Shown here piece by piece: positions 10,701-20,701 of a stretch of DNA of 64,000 nucleotides. Source of the stretch: Nitrosopumilaceae archaeon (GTDB taxonomy: Archaea > Thermoproteota > Nitrososphaeria > Nitrososphaerales > Nitrosopumilaceae). Each line of letters opens with the position of its first letter. Position 1 is the first letter of the stretch. Below the pieces are notes generated by a model that was given only the letters and a program-made list of their open reading frames with translations, made no database searches and was not told the DNA's origin. The stretch is taken from the NCBI GenBank assembly GCA_965208905.1, contig OZ242365.1:1824001-1888000 (forward strand). Direction: 5' to 3'. Both the position numbers and the translations under genes were made by a program.

Positions 10701-12491
10701 CTCGGCGAGTGGTACATCATAATGCAGGACACCTCCATCAGGCCGGGAGATGTGCCCGGCATAGTTGGGTACGTCACCACCCTGAACCCATATCTGGACG
10801 GCCAGAATCCGTCATACAAGATAGGTACGGGCGGGGATTCCGGGCACTTTGAGATGGAGTCTAACGCCCTCAGGCTAAAGTCGGTTCCGGAAGGCAGCGG
10901 GCCGTATACCGTGAACATAACATCTTCTGGCGGCTACGGAACAGGCAACTCGCGGACGCTCGGGATAACGGTCTCAGATTCCGCAGGACCCGCTCCTACC
11001 GGCCCACGCGACATAACCGGACTCACGCTTGCAAGCACGGCCCCGGGCACCGCCGAGGTATCCTGGGATGCTCCGGCCAGAACGCCCGATGGCTACCGTG
11101 TGTCATGGGCCAAGGTGGGCGAGTCCTACCTGGCCTGGAGGAACTCTGACGGCAACGCCTTCCCCACATCGCCCGGATACACCATCATGGGCCTGGAGGA
11201 GGGCGAGGCCTACAAAGTGCAGGTGCGCGCACGCTACAGCGACGGCGGTCCGGGGCCCTGGAGTGGCGAGGTCACCATCACTGTCTCTGCCAACACCCCG
11301 CCGACCGTCTCGGCCGGCCCCGACCAGACAGTCGCCGAGGGCGACACGGTCGTCCTAGCAGGCACCGCCTCCGACGCCGACGCCGGCGACACACTGACCT
11401 ACCTGTGGTCCCAGAACCCATCCTCCCCGGCCATCGCCTTTGCCAACGCCACCTCCATATCGACCACTTTCGCCGCCCCGCAGGTCTCCTCCAACGCCAC
11501 CATCACCCTCACGCTCACGGCCACCGACCAGCACAACACCGCCGCCTCCGATACGATGACCCTGACTATCACCGATGTTCCCGACACCACCCCTCTTGCC
11601 AACAACCACGCCACCGGATCTCCGGCCATCACCGGTACTATCCAGGTGAGCCAGACGCTTACCGCGGACACCTCGGACATCTCCGATGCTGATGGCATGA
11701 TCAACGCCACCTTCGCCTACCAGTGGCTGTCCAACGACGGTGCTACCACCTCCGAGATCTCCGGCGCCGCTTCCTCCAGCTACACGCTGGCCGCCAGCGA
11801 CCAGGGCAAGACCATTCAGGTGCGCGTTACATTCACCGACGATGCCGGCAACCCAGAGTCGCTGACCAGCGTCGCCACTTCCCAAGTGGCTCCGACAGTC
11901 CCCGGATCCCCGAGCATCTCGTCTGTCTTGCCGGCCGCCAGGGGCGAGCTGAGCATCTCCTGGCAGGCCCCCATATACAACGGCGGCAGCAACATAACCG
12001 GATATATCATCCAGTGGAAGGAGGCCACCGGCAGCTGGAGCAACTCCGCCGATGTCTCGGAGGCCACCACCACCGACTCCCACTACACCGTCACCGGCCT
12101 GACCGACGGCACCACCTATGCCGTCCGGGTCATCGCCACCAACCAGGCGGGGGACGGCCAGCCGTCATCCGAGGCCACCGCCACACCGCGCAATCCGCGC
12201 CACATCACCGGCTTCACCCTCAGCAGCACCCAGCCCGGAACCATTCAGGTCGACTGGAGCGAACCCGCCGAGGATCCCACCAACTACCGCGTCTCCTGGG
12301 CCAAGGTGGACGAGCGGTTTCCGACCCTAGCCGCCTCTACCGGCTACGCGTTCCCCGACAGCACTTCCTATACGATAACCGGTCTGGAGGAGGGGGCCGA
12401 GTACAAGGTGAAGGTGCGCGCCCGGTACGACAGCGGCGGAAACGGCGCCTGGAGCGATATACTTACCGCCACCGTCGCGAGTTCCAGATGA
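7773..12491 (+). CDS. Giant secreted surface protein: two BspA/DUF285 LRR-like modules, PKD/K319L-like Ig repeats, cadherin-like and FN3 domains (true start probably 7842 or 7899)
   Basis: Signal peptide MSRLCLYAVCAATLLLSLNVVLGA; FVTTW..IDWGDG caps; 25-aa WDVSSVTxMxxMF repeats; PPTVSAGDDQTV repeats; FN3 W...Y.V.VRA motifs. Confidence 0.9.
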   Translation: MCLYLRLHIETSKWWYCNLEGLNMRGPIKLHDTRGAHATSYSMSRLCLYAVCAATLLLSLNVVLGAGEAGLDVAHVSDDVYPVAAIKINDLTPNGPVLADHDLFGISEHLWGGLVTVPVSTEAWADTDPFVTTWKTTSPGESITIPTYVAFGKHTIDWGDGTAPTTDWLDQTHVYEEPGTYTVSITGDFTQIRLYDDRVNAEKLVSIDNWGGVQWGTMDHAFGVASNMVYNATDALDFSALTNLQYMFYSATSFNGNISSWNVSSVTSMKDMFNNADSFNQDLSDWDVSSVENMHGMFFGTASFNGNISAWNVSSVTDMSNMFTLSDSFNGNISAWNVSSVTDMSEMFLGATSFNGNISIWNVSSVTDMQEMFYDATSFDQNLGNWYIVLDSEVIHYDDAPGIIGSISAQNLFLDGQNATYGIATGGDSGSFELDGADLRLKEMPTKESYAVTINATGDFGSGNSKSIVVKVLGFPNSPPTVSAGDDQTVQEGQAVTLSGTASDPDPEDTLTYIWSHDHPTLPISLADPNSLSTTFTAPNVAANTTITFTLTATDQQNANGTNTMTITITDSANSPPTVSAGDDQTVQEGQAVTLSGTASDPDPEDTLTYIWSHDHPTLPISLADPNSLSTTFTAPNVAANTTITFTLTADDGTDTSSDTMNLTIANISPALPPPAAFVTTWQTTTSNESITIPARGTYTIDWGDGTTEEGVSGSWTHTYGEAGSHTIRISDGIEKFSLAGSEDAHKLASIDQWGYAKWTSMHKAFQGASGMTYGATDVPDLSGVTDARRMFEGAAAFDGDLSGWDVSSVKHMSYMFKEARSFDSDLSGWDVSGVTDMAGMFWKAHSFDSDLSGWDVSSVTDMYAMFHHAHSFDSDLSGWDVSGVTGMANMFSYTHSFDSDLSGWDVSGVTTMYAMFAGARSFDSDLSGWDVSGVADMADMFRSTGAFNSDISRWEIQRDTRITAMLYRADAFEQNLGEWYIIMQDTSIRPGDVPGIVGYVTTLNPYLDGQNPSYKIGTGGDSGHFEMESNALRLKSVPEGSGPYTVNITSSGGYGTGNSRTLGITVSDSAGPAPTGPRDITGLTLASTAPGTAEVSWDAPARTPDGYRVSWAKVGESYLAWRNSDGNAFPTSPGYTIMGLEEGEAYKVQVRARYSDGGPGPWSGEVTITVSANTPPTVSAGPDQTVAEGDTVVLAGTASDADAGDTLTYLWSQNPSSPAIAFANATSISTTFAAPQVSSNATITLTLTATDQHNTAASDTMTLTITDVPDTTPLANNHATGSPAITGTIQVSQTLTADTSDISDADGMINATFAYQWLSNDGATTSEISGAASSSYTLAASDQGKTIQVRVTFTDDAGNPESLTSVATSQVAPTVPGSPSISSVLPAARGELSISWQAPIYNGGSNITGYIIQWKEATGSWSNSADVSEATTTDSHYTVTGLTDGTTYAVRVIATNQAGDGQPSSEATATPRNPRHITGFTLSSTQPGTIQVDWSEPAEDPTNYRVSWAKVDERFPTLAASTGYAFPDSTSYTITGLEEGAEYKVKVRARYDSGGNGAWSDILTATVASSR
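8481..8930 (+). repeat. DUF285 coding tandem array, 6 x 75 bp
   Basis: Repeated TCCTTCAACGGCAACAT..GGAACGTCTCCTC scaffold. Confidence 0.9.
9199..9722 (+). repeat. Recent tandem duplication of a PKD/K319L-like domain, 291-bp period
   Basis: 9199-9431 is identical by eye to 9490-9722 (NSPPTVSAGDDQTVQEGQ...TFTLTA). Confidence 0.92.
10113..10713 (+). repeat. DUF285 coding tandem array, 8 x 75 bp
   Basis: Constant TCCTTTGACTCGGACCTGTCCGGRTGGGACGT alternating with variable segments. Confidence 0.9.
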
Positions 12492-12619
12492 TGGAACCGT
12501 CACCATCTACGGCATCCGCCGCGCAGCCGGGGCAGTCCCAGAAGAGGACCATTCGGAGAGGCGGTGGGGCAGTGACCTACAGCCGGACAGCCCTAGGTAG
12601 GCCTGCTCGTCTTGATACC

Positions 12620-13181
12620 AGTACCATCTCGAACCATATTTCACACGTTTTTTCCACTTTTTGTGGTTAGACTCGTGCTCTTCTTTTGTCAGATGCGCAA
12701 ACCTTCTCAGGTCTGTAATGCCATCGCCTAGCTTATACATGACGGCCATGGTTCTGTCCCTGCTGACCCCGCCGGAGCGCGTCGTTGCATTATGGTTTAT
12801 CCGGATGTAGGGTATGATGCCAAGCCGTTTGCATGTATCAACTATCCTACGCGAATCAAACCCACCATCTGCGCGCATCACTATCTTTTGTGTCCTACAC
12901 GAATCACTACTGTTTTCTGTAGATTGATTTGCGCCTCCGCCTTTGCTATCCTGTATACACGCATCCAAATCTGTATTCTCCAGAGCCATACAGGTAAGAC
13001 TCTCAAACTGAGGTGCTTCTCCGACTGTGTCATCTGTCACGCTAAATCCAAGTATCTCCCGAGTGTCTGTGTCTACGACCAGAGTTAGTCTGATGAATCC
13101 ATGCCGTACCTTGTGTTTAAACCGGATATACTCGCTTCGAGCAGTCGGACTGAGTCCAGTACCGTCTATTACCAGGTTCAA
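12620..13181 (-). pseudogene. IS5-family transposase fragment (DDE core, truncated at both ends)
   Basis: VIDGTGL..RSEYIR..GFIRL.LVVDTDTREILGFSVTD, ADGGFDS, WKKRVKYGSRW; catalytic Glu region missing. Confidence 0.75.
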
Positions 13182-13450
13182 CAGGTCCGTTCCGTACAGG
13201 TCTATTCCCGGTCAATTTGGACTCCTACAGGTAAGAGTGTACGACCCAGGCAACAACTTGTCTTAAATACTTGACAATAACTGCTGGCGTAAACGTTCCA
13301 TTATCCTCTAACTAATGGAATATCACGTCATGCGTATTTGACCATCATACAACAGCACGCATCCAAAAATGCCGCTTTTGGAAATTTTAGGCGGGGTTAT
13401 GATACTAACTCAGAATCTGTAAAACCTTAAAAGTATATTAGAGTGGTAGT

Positions 13451-14623
13451 ATGACGAGCTTGGTGCATACTGTAGGTTACATGTGTCTAATTGTGACATT
13501 ATTGGGTACAAGTATTGCGTATGCTGATGATACCGTTACCATAGGTGGAGTCTTCAACATATCCGGATGGGCCGAAGGGGAGAAGAGCAAGACTGCAGCG
13601 GAGTTTGCCGTCAACGACTTTAATGAGTATCTAGACATGATTGGTGCAGACTGGGACCTCAAGATGCGGATCGAAGATACTCAAGACAATGCCAATATAG
13701 CACTCAGCAAGCTTCAAGATCTTCGAAGTAGTGGTGTAGACTTGGTGGTGGGGGTGGCATTCAGCCACTTTATCAATCTGGCGTATAACTACATTCAGAC
13801 CAACGATATACTGGTCATATCCCATGCCGCTCAGGCTGCAAATCAGGAGATTGATGATAACGTATTCCGTTTAGTACCAAATGATGGACAACAGGTACCG
13901 GCCATAAGCGCTGCCGCTCAGGATGCAAATGTAACCACACTGATTACGATATCCTACATTGGTTCATGGGGTGATGGAATAGTGGATGGTGTGGAAAGTT
14001 TCTTTGATGGAGAGGTTGTAAAACTCCTACGGTATGACTATGAGACGGCAGATTATTCCGCCGTGGTCTCATTTCTAGATGCAGAAGTGGCTAAGCTGGT
14101 TGATGAGCATGGCGCTGATAGCGTGGGAGTTCTGTTTGTGGGTGGTGATGAGATCCTACAGATAGCGCACCAGCTGAAGCTATATGAAAATTCCCACAAA
14201 GTAAGATGGTTTGGTACAAACAATCAGGCAGGGCAGTCCTACTTTCATTCTGATCCCATCATGCGTGAGTTTGCTGAGACTACCAAGTTTACTGCCGTAC
14301 GATCCATCCCTGCCCAAAGCAACCCGATAGGCACTGCACTAGATGAGCGCTTTATTGAAAGGTACAACTCTACAGCAAGCATATACAATTATGCGGCGTA
14401 TGATGCGGTATGGCTGCTTGGTATGACCATACTACAGACTCAGAGTACCGACTCTTCAACATTAATCAAAGCCATTCCGGCTGTGGCATTACACACCATT
14501 GGTGCGTCGGGCCATTTGGAGCTAAGTCCTGGTGGTGACCTAGCCAATGCCGCATTTGAGATATGGCGGTTCCAAGATGGTGTATGGATCACATACGCAG
14601 ATTATATACATGAACCAAGATAG
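13451..14623 (+). CDS. Orphan ABC substrate-binding protein, type-1 periplasmic binding fold (branched-chain amino acid-like)
   Basis: Signal peptide ending AYA, TVTIGGVF, IEDTQ, DNVFRLVPND, YAAYDAVWLLG, GDL; no permease nearby. Confidence 0.85.
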   Translation: MTSLVHTVGYMCLIVTLLGTSIAYADDTVTIGGVFNISGWAEGEKSKTAAEFAVNDFNEYLDMIGADWDLKMRIEDTQDNANIALSKLQDLRSSGVDLVVGVAFSHFINLAYNYIQTNDILVISHAAQAANQEIDDNVFRLVPNDGQQVPAISAAAQDANVTTLITISYIGSWGDGIVDGVESFFDGEVVKLLRYDYETADYSAVVSFLDAEVAKLVDEHGADSVGVLFVGGDEILQIAHQLKLYENSHKVRWFGTNNQAGQSYFHSDPIMREFAETTKFTAVRSIPAQSNPIGTALDERFIERYNSTASIYNYAAYDAVWLLGMTILQTQSTDSSTLIKAIPAVALHTIGASGHLELSPGGDLANAAFEIWRFQDGVWITYADYIHEPR

Positions 14624-14872
14624 AGTGTAACCGTTCAACTCCGCCCCAAACTGTTAGGCCCCTTCAGCAGGAGGGCCGACTATTATCACTAGACTCTAGA
14701 TATACTTAACAGAAGACCACATATTTCATAAAGGTCTGTGTTTACCGCAAGGCAAAAGTACGTAGACACTTTAATGCACAACCTATACGTAAAAGTGTTC
14801 ACGAACTTAGGGTCTGTTAAGATATAGGTACCCATAATCCCCTGTTGATTTGGGTACCTGGATATGATCAAC

Positions 14873-14949
14873 ATAGCTCTGTCCTCTCTTGGAGCGGTTC
14901 ACCTCATCTAGCTGGGCTTCCCAGTCTGGGCCCATCTTGATCACGAGCA
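14873..14949 (-). pseudogene. Short N-terminal fragment of an IS5-family transposase
   Basis: Translates as MGPDWEAQLDEVNRSKRGQSY, resembling the archaeal IS5 W..EL..MN..K.G motif. Confidence 0.4.
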
Positions 14950-15233
14950 CCTACCAAGAGCCACACTTCTAGCATCTTCTCTGCTGGTGACCGCTTGGGC
15001 TTGCCGTACCGGATGGGATTGATCGTTTGGTTCTTCTGTTTAATTATGATCTTTAAATTCATACAGCGCGCTATATGCTAATTGATCTGGCGGCCCGTAG
15101 GAGTCTGCGATGCCGACCCGCAGCCGATAGGAATGCGAATTATGAGACGTTGCCACTCGGAGAATAATATTTGGTGCCACACTATACAGTCTACAAAATA
15201 TTAATAGAAACCACAGGTTGGTATATGTAAATC

Positions 15234-16442
15234 ATGAAACCAACATATGATGATATAGTCCGAGCTGCCGAGAGTCGGGGAGATGATATTCGCGTTACGC
15301 CCCTGGTATACTCGGACACCTTTAGTAAAATGAGCGGCTCGCAGGTATATCTAAAAGCAGAGTTTCAGCAAAAGACCGGCTCCTTTAAGATACGAGGCGC
15401 CCATTACAAAGTACAGACACTTACTAAGGATGAAAAGTCCAAAGGCGTAGTAGCTGCCTCAGCAGGAAATCATGCTCAGGGGGTGGCTTATGCATCCCAA
15501 AAGGCAGGAATACAATGCACTATTGTGATGCCAAAGACGGCCTCGCCTGCAAAGATATCTGCCACCCGGGAGTATGGGGCTAATGTGGTACTGCGGGGTG
15601 CCAACTACGAGGAGGCTAGTAAGCATGCGCAAGAGATTGCAGATAATACAGGAGCTACGGCAATACATGCCTTTGATGATCCTCATATAATAGCCGGTCA
15701 AGGAGTCATAGGACTTGAGATAATGGATCAAACGCCAGATGTCGATGAAGTATATGTTCCCATAGGAGGTGGAGGTTTGGCTGCAGGCGTACTGCTGGCA
15801 ATAAAACAAAAAAACCCCAAGACGCGTATAATAGGAGTACAGACACGTTCATTTCCTGCAATGCATAAATCACTAATGAAGGGAATCGTAACAAAGGTAG
15901 GAGATCGTACCTCGATTGCTGATGGTATAGCGGTGCGGGTGCCAGGCAGTCTAACCTTCTCCATAATAAGAGAGTTGATTGATGATATCGTACTAGTCAG
16001 CGATGCAGATATTGAAAAGACGATGTTTTTAATGTTGGAGCGCGCAAAACTACTGGTGGAACCAGCTGGCGCAGCTGCACTAGCATATGTGATAACAAAG
16101 TGCCCATCTCCAAACAAAAAGGTCGTATGTATAATGGGCGGTGGAAATGTGGATATGTATCTATTAGGTCAGATTGTAGATAAGGGATTGGCTGCCATGG
16201 GTAGATTACTCAAGGTATCTATGATACTACCAGATAGGCCCGGCATATTCAAAGAGATAATGGATGAGATAGCCGCCGCCAACGCTAATCTGGTTGAAAT
16301 GGTGCATGACCGGCTTAGCTCCGCCATTGAGGTGGGTACAGTATCAGTAACTGTTAGTTTGGAGACGGAGGGTCGGGCAAGTACCGAAGCGCTAATTCGG
16401 GCACTTAGAACAAAAAACATACAGTTTCACATATTGACATGA
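15234..16442 (+). CDS. ilvA: Threonine ammonia-lyase with C-terminal ACT domain
   Basis: QKTGSFKIRGA (PLP lysine), SAGNHAQGVA, PIGGGGL, EPAGAA, GGNVD, LPDRPG ACT. Confidence 0.93.
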   Translation: MKPTYDDIVRAAESRGDDIRVTPLVYSDTFSKMSGSQVYLKAEFQQKTGSFKIRGAHYKVQTLTKDEKSKGVVAASAGNHAQGVAYASQKAGIQCTIVMPKTASPAKISATREYGANVVLRGANYEEASKHAQEIADNTGATAIHAFDDPHIIAGQGVIGLEIMDQTPDVDEVYVPIGGGGLAAGVLLAIKQKNPKTRIIGVQTRSFPAMHKSLMKGIVTKVGDRTSIADGIAVRVPGSLTFSIIRELIDDIVLVSDADIEKTMFLMLERAKLLVEPAGAAALAYVITKCPSPNKKVVCIMGGGNVDMYLLGQIVDKGLAAMGRLLKVSMILPDRPGIFKEIMDEIAAANANLVEMVHDRLSSAIEVGTVSVTVSLETEGRASTEALIRALRTKNIQFHILT

Positions 16443-16449
16443 TAGTATA

Positions 16450-17076
16450 ATGTTCATACAAAATGATCCTGCAGAAGGACCGGGTCTTTTAAAACAACTA
16501 TTCAAAGATGATGGTTTGGACTATAGCGTAATAAAACCAGATGAGCCCATACCCAATGTTACACATGACATTCTAGTGATACTAGGCGGACCACAGAGCG
16601 CCAATGATAATAGTACAAGACTTCGAGATCAAGAGCGATTAATACGATACTGCCACAAAAGAGATATTCCTGTGTTGGGCATATGTCTGGGCGCTCAACT
16701 ATCGGCGCGATCGTTGGGTGGTCGTGTATACAGAGGCGCACAACTAGAGCTGGGATTTTACAACAATGTCATACCCGATACTAATTCTATACTATTTCAG
16801 AATGCTGACATGCCGTATTGGGTGTTTCATTGGCATCATGATACGTTTGATATTCCGCCCGGTGGGATTAGACTGGCAAAGTCTCCGACATACGAAAATC
16901 AGGCATTCATCTGTGGCAGTGTGTTGGGTTTACAGTTTCATTTGGAGGCAGATCATACCATGATATGTGAATGGATGAGAGACTCTGGCGGCATCAGTGA
17001 TGCTGATTTTATACAGTACACACAAAAGAACCTGACAGCATTTTATAAAAACTACAAGCGATTATTTCGCATATGA
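16450..17076 (+). CDS. Type 1 glutamine amidotransferase
   Basis: ILGGPQSA, LGICLGAQL, HWHHDTF, LQFHLE catalytic triad. Confidence 0.88.
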   Translation: MFIQNDPAEGPGLLKQLFKDDGLDYSVIKPDEPIPNVTHDILVILGGPQSANDNSTRLRDQERLIRYCHKRDIPVLGICLGAQLSARSLGGRVYRGAQLELGFYNNVIPDTNSILFQNADMPYWVFHWHHDTFDIPPGGIRLAKSPTYENQAFICGSVLGLQFHLEADHTMICEWMRDSGGISDADFIQYTQKNLTAFYKNYKRLFRI

Positions 17077-17227
17077 TGTACATATCTGATTAATTTGGTC
17101 TATCAAACAGTATGTGGATTATACAAAATTATACGGCTCTCTGTGATTCGAACCATGTATGCTGATACATATGCGTGGTCACCGTATCATCGTGCAATGC
17201 TAAATAACAATTTTGTAACATCGTAAT

Positions 17228-17554
17228 ATGGCTCGACAACTCAATCTAGACAGTTGGCAGTTAAACCATATATTGGCTCTTCTAAACAAAGGAGTTGATA
17301 TATACAAACGAACAAACAAACCCATTGAAATATATCGTAAATCATTAGAGGAGCGTGATGACTGCTATGAAGAAATGATATGTACCATTATAGATGGATA
17401 TGTGTTAGAACAGAGGGTGGCCTCGGGCGGACCAATGCCACCACAATTTACCTACCAATCAGTATACAGTGTTAAAGACTATCCAAAAATTTTACTAAAA
17501 AAGAACAAAGAGCGACTTCACAGTATTGTTGAGACTCTGGAATCTTTAGAGTGA
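17228..17554 (+). CDS. Conserved hypothetical protein
   Basis: Clean ORF with an upstream AT-rich promoter-like sequence. Confidence 0.7.
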   Translation: MARQLNLDSWQLNHILALLNKGVDIYKRTNKPIEIYRKSLEERDDCYEEMICTIIDGYVLEQRVASGGPMPPQFTYQSVYSVKDYPKILLKKNKERLHSIVETLESLE

Positions 17555-17566
17555 GAATTACTCTAA

Positions 17567-18622
17567 TCAATACTGTATAGTTCGCGCATACTCATCTATC
17601 TGCGCAACAAGTGTATCATACGGATCTTCCATCTCAGACAATAAACAATCTGCTCTCTCTACAAACACTCGCTTATCTTTGGATAATATCTCTGAGGATG
17701 CCTTTATGATTTTATCTGGACTTTTAGCTCGTATTAGAGCTCCCCGGTTTACCAAATACTTCTCATCCATATTTGGTACTGCATCATATGACACAACTGG
17801 TACCCCCCGCAGTACTGCCTCAGTGGTCATTGTTCCACCAGACCCAATCAGCAAGTCACATCCTGCTAAAATAGCTCCACTATCAAAAGAACTCTCTAAA
17901 GTTACTGCGACATCCGAGTATTTTTCCTGAAGATGTTCTGTCTGCTCAGAATATCGGGTAGATATGACAATATTACAGTCTGAAAAATTGTCCACTATGG
18001 AGTCTAATATTGCTTCCATATCTGTGTGGCTTTGCACATATGATGCTTGTGTCTCGTATGTGCGAAACAGTATGGTCTTTTTACTGTCTGATAGACCAAT
18101 CGATTTTTTGTCCCAAATGAAGGCAGGCTTGTTGCGCACTATAAGAAATTCATCCATTGCTGCATATTGTACTATGTGATTATGCTCAAGACCATACCTT
18201 CCAAAAGACTGTTTTGGTATATGACCAGGTATTAGTAATTTATTTAGAAGTGGAACTGCCAGTCTGCAGACGCCTTCGGAGTGAGGGGCGTTACAAAACG
18301 CAATATGATGTATGCCAAAATTAAAAGATATCAGTGATGCTTCCGGTGAGCAGAAACTAACTGTTATGTCTGGCTGAAATTCATCTATTAATTTAATTAA
18401 TAATTTTGCTCTCATTAGTGACGCATCGAGTTTTTTTTCGAGTTCTTTACCACCATACTTTCCCACAAGCGTAGGGTGTAGATTTCGGATACGTATGAGA
18501 TCTGTAACTTCCTTATAGTCTCTAGATGTAAAGAGGATATCGTGTTCTGACTTGGCCCGCTGTATCATGGACTCAAAGAATAACAACTGCTTTGGTGTTA
18601 AAATATCAAACCATATCTTCAT
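17567..18622 (-). CDS. DUF354 glycosyltransferase-like protein
   Basis: MKIWFDILTPKQLLFF, TSRDY, IGSGGTMTTEAVLRGVP. Confidence 0.85.
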   Translation of the reverse strand: MKIWFDILTPKQLLFFESMIQRAKSEHDILFTSRDYKEVTDLIRIRNLHPTLVGKYGGKELEKKLDASLMRAKLLIKLIDEFQPDITVSFCSPEASLISFNFGIHHIAFCNAPHSEGVCRLAVPLLNKLLIPGHIPKQSFGRYGLEHNHIVQYAAMDEFLIVRNKPAFIWDKKSIGLSDSKKTILFRTYETQASYVQSHTDMEAILDSIVDNFSDCNIVISTRYSEQTEHLQEKYSDVAVTLESSFDSGAILAGCDLLIGSGGTMTTEAVLRGVPVVSYDAVPNMDEKYLVNRGALIRAKSPDKIIKASSEILSKDKRVFVERADCLLSEMEDPYDTLVAQIDEYARTIQY

Positions 18623-19032
18623 TGTGTTGTACTTTTAGTGCCATAATTACTACCTATATAGTATATCTCACATGCACTGTATACACTTCTTGAGGGAGTT
18701 AAAGTGCATTATATGTCATTTTAATCTAAAAGTGACATATGTCGGTAAGAAGCGGACGCATAATGTATCCTCGAATAAATCCACACTATTAATAAAATCA
18801 TATTGGTTAAAGTGGGATGACTTGTACATTTGATGTTCTAATGTTCAGACTATCTGCATAACAGAATGTGTGGGACAGACGTAGTTTAAATGCCACGTAA
18901 TATAATCATGCCAACTTGCCCATCTGCATATGTAATATGTGCAGATATGGGGTAAGGGGCCAAGTACGTGCTTTACCTTTTGAGAGTGTACAAAATTATT
19001 GTATAATATAGGGCTAGCGTACATAACAATTA

Positions 19033-20388
19033 ATGATGTCATCACTACAAGAGACACTAAATAATGTCAACTCGTACGAGTCTCTCATAGAGGTTTTTGG
19101 CTTAGGATATGTGGGATTTCCGCTGGCCGTCAGGTTGGCAAGCATGGGAATGAACGTTCGAGGTGTGGATGTGGATGAAAATAGGGTTAACCGGCTAAAC
19201 CGCAATGAACTACTGGAGACTGAACGTAATCTAAAAGGATCATTTCTGTCTGCCAAAACAAGCGGCCGATTACGCATTACCACCAAACCGACACCATCGG
19301 AGACTGCAAAGATTGGAATTATATGCGTACCAACGCCAATTCCTACCAAATCTATAACGTCCAACATACATGTGAACTCGTCCATCAAAAGCTTCTTAAA
19401 TACATGTAATACGGGCGATATTATAATAATAGAGAGTAGTGTCGAGGTGGGAACAACAGATAGTGCCCGTACCATGATTGAGGCTGCTGGGCATAAGGTG
19501 GGCAAAAATTTTGGCTTGGCGTTCTGCCCAGAGAGAATAGATCCACAAAATACAAGATGGACGCTGGAGAACATTCCCCGTGTAGTGTATTGCTCGGATG
19601 ATACAACATTTAAAATAATTAAAATAATTTATTCTAATGTCAATAATTCAAACCTGATACGTGTCTCCTCTGCCAAGACCGCCGAAGTGACAAAGTCGTT
19701 TGAGAATGCGTTTAGATTAGTAAATATATCATTGGTCAATGAACTGGCTATACTGTGTGATCATCTACAGATAAATGCCCGGGAGGTCATTGACGCTGCG
19801 GCCACAAAGCCCTTTGGATTTATGCCATTCTATCCTGGCGCCGGAGCTGGTGGCCATTGCATCCCTAAAGATCCTAGATTCTTGTTGGAATCATCAAAAA
19901 AATTTGGTAGTCAATTTACTACCATACACAATGCCTTGGAGATAAACTCGTATGTTCCCATATACATATCAGAACACGTAGATGATATTATATCAAAAAA
20001 TAATCTGACAAAATCAGTTCTGGTATGTGGTATGTCATACAAGCCAAATATTGAAGATATGCGCGACTCGTCCGGATTTAAAATAGTCGATAAATTTATT
20101 GATAAAAAATATCATGTCGGCGTGTATGATCCCTTCTTTAACAACGAACTGCTTGAAAAATACCTATACGAAAATAACATGAAAAATAAAAAGTTTGAGA
20201 TCATACATGATATAAATACAAATCTAAAGTTTTCGTGCTTATGTATCACTCAGCACCACTCTCATTTGATATCGTTCTTACAAGAGATATACTCCAAGGG
20301 AGTCTTTCCACTGGTATATGACTGTCAAAATAAGTTACGTAAAAACAAAAACTCAGCTAGTATGTTGCAATGCCTAGGTGACGCCTAA
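19033..20388 (+). CDS. Nucleotide-sugar dehydrogenase (WecC / UDP-Glc/GDP-Man dehydrogenase family)
   Basis: GLGYVGFPLA, CVPTP, CPERIDP, KSFENAFRLVNISLVNEL, GGHCIPKDP, YKPNIEDMRDS. Confidence 0.92.
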   Translation: MMSSLQETLNNVNSYESLIEVFGLGYVGFPLAVRLASMGMNVRGVDVDENRVNRLNRNELLETERNLKGSFLSAKTSGRLRITTKPTPSETAKIGIICVPTPIPTKSITSNIHVNSSIKSFLNTCNTGDIIIIESSVEVGTTDSARTMIEAAGHKVGKNFGLAFCPERIDPQNTRWTLENIPRVVYCSDDTTFKIIKIIYSNVNNSNLIRVSSAKTAEVTKSFENAFRLVNISLVNELAILCDHLQINAREVIDAAATKPFGFMPFYPGAGAGGHCIPKDPRFLLESSKKFGSQFTTIHNALEINSYVPIYISEHVDDIISKNNLTKSVLVCGMSYKPNIEDMRDSSGFKIVDKFIDKKYHVGVYDPFFNNELLEKYLYENNMKNKKFEIIHDINTNLKFSCLCITQHHSHLISFLQEIYSKGVFPLVYDCQNKLRKNKNSASMLQCLGDA

Positions 20389-20455
20389 AATTACTGTATG
20401 TAATATTGTACAATAGATGCATTAAATTAAAATACAAAAAAGGTACTAGCATATT

Positions 20456-20701
20456 ATGGACAAAGAACCAACATACGTTTTGATACAGTGTAATTTAGGC
20501 GCTGAGACCGACATTATTGAAACAATAACAAAGATGCCTAATGTAGTAGAGGTGAGAGGTACATATGGCACATTTGATATATTTTGTAGAGTGGTGGCCA
20601 CATCCACAGAGACTGAAAAAATTGTAGAGCAGATACGCCGAATATCTAATATTCAATCTACAACTACCCTCAGAACCATACTGTCTCAAGGCGGTAAGTG
20701 A
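20456..20701 (+). CDS. Lrp/AsnC ligand-binding (RAM) domain protein
   Basis: YVLIQCNLG..VVEVRGTYGTFDIF..IRRISNIQSTTTL. Confidence 0.85.
   Translation: MDKEPTYVLIQCNLGAETDIIETITKMPNVVEVRGTYGTFDIFCRVVATSTETEKIVEQIRRISNIQSTTTLRTILSQGGK

Noticed and set aside
8960-12670. Long antisense and alternate-frame ORFs (for example 8960-10012, 11723-12670, 40120-41037, 44719-45648, 62770-63690)
   Set aside because: Shadows of GC-rich repetitive genes; they mirror the sense repeats and have no independent motifs.
6150-15200. Integrative element using tRNA-Val as att site
   Set aside because: No integrase and no convincing duplicate of the tRNA 3' end at the far boundary; looks like accumulated IS activity.
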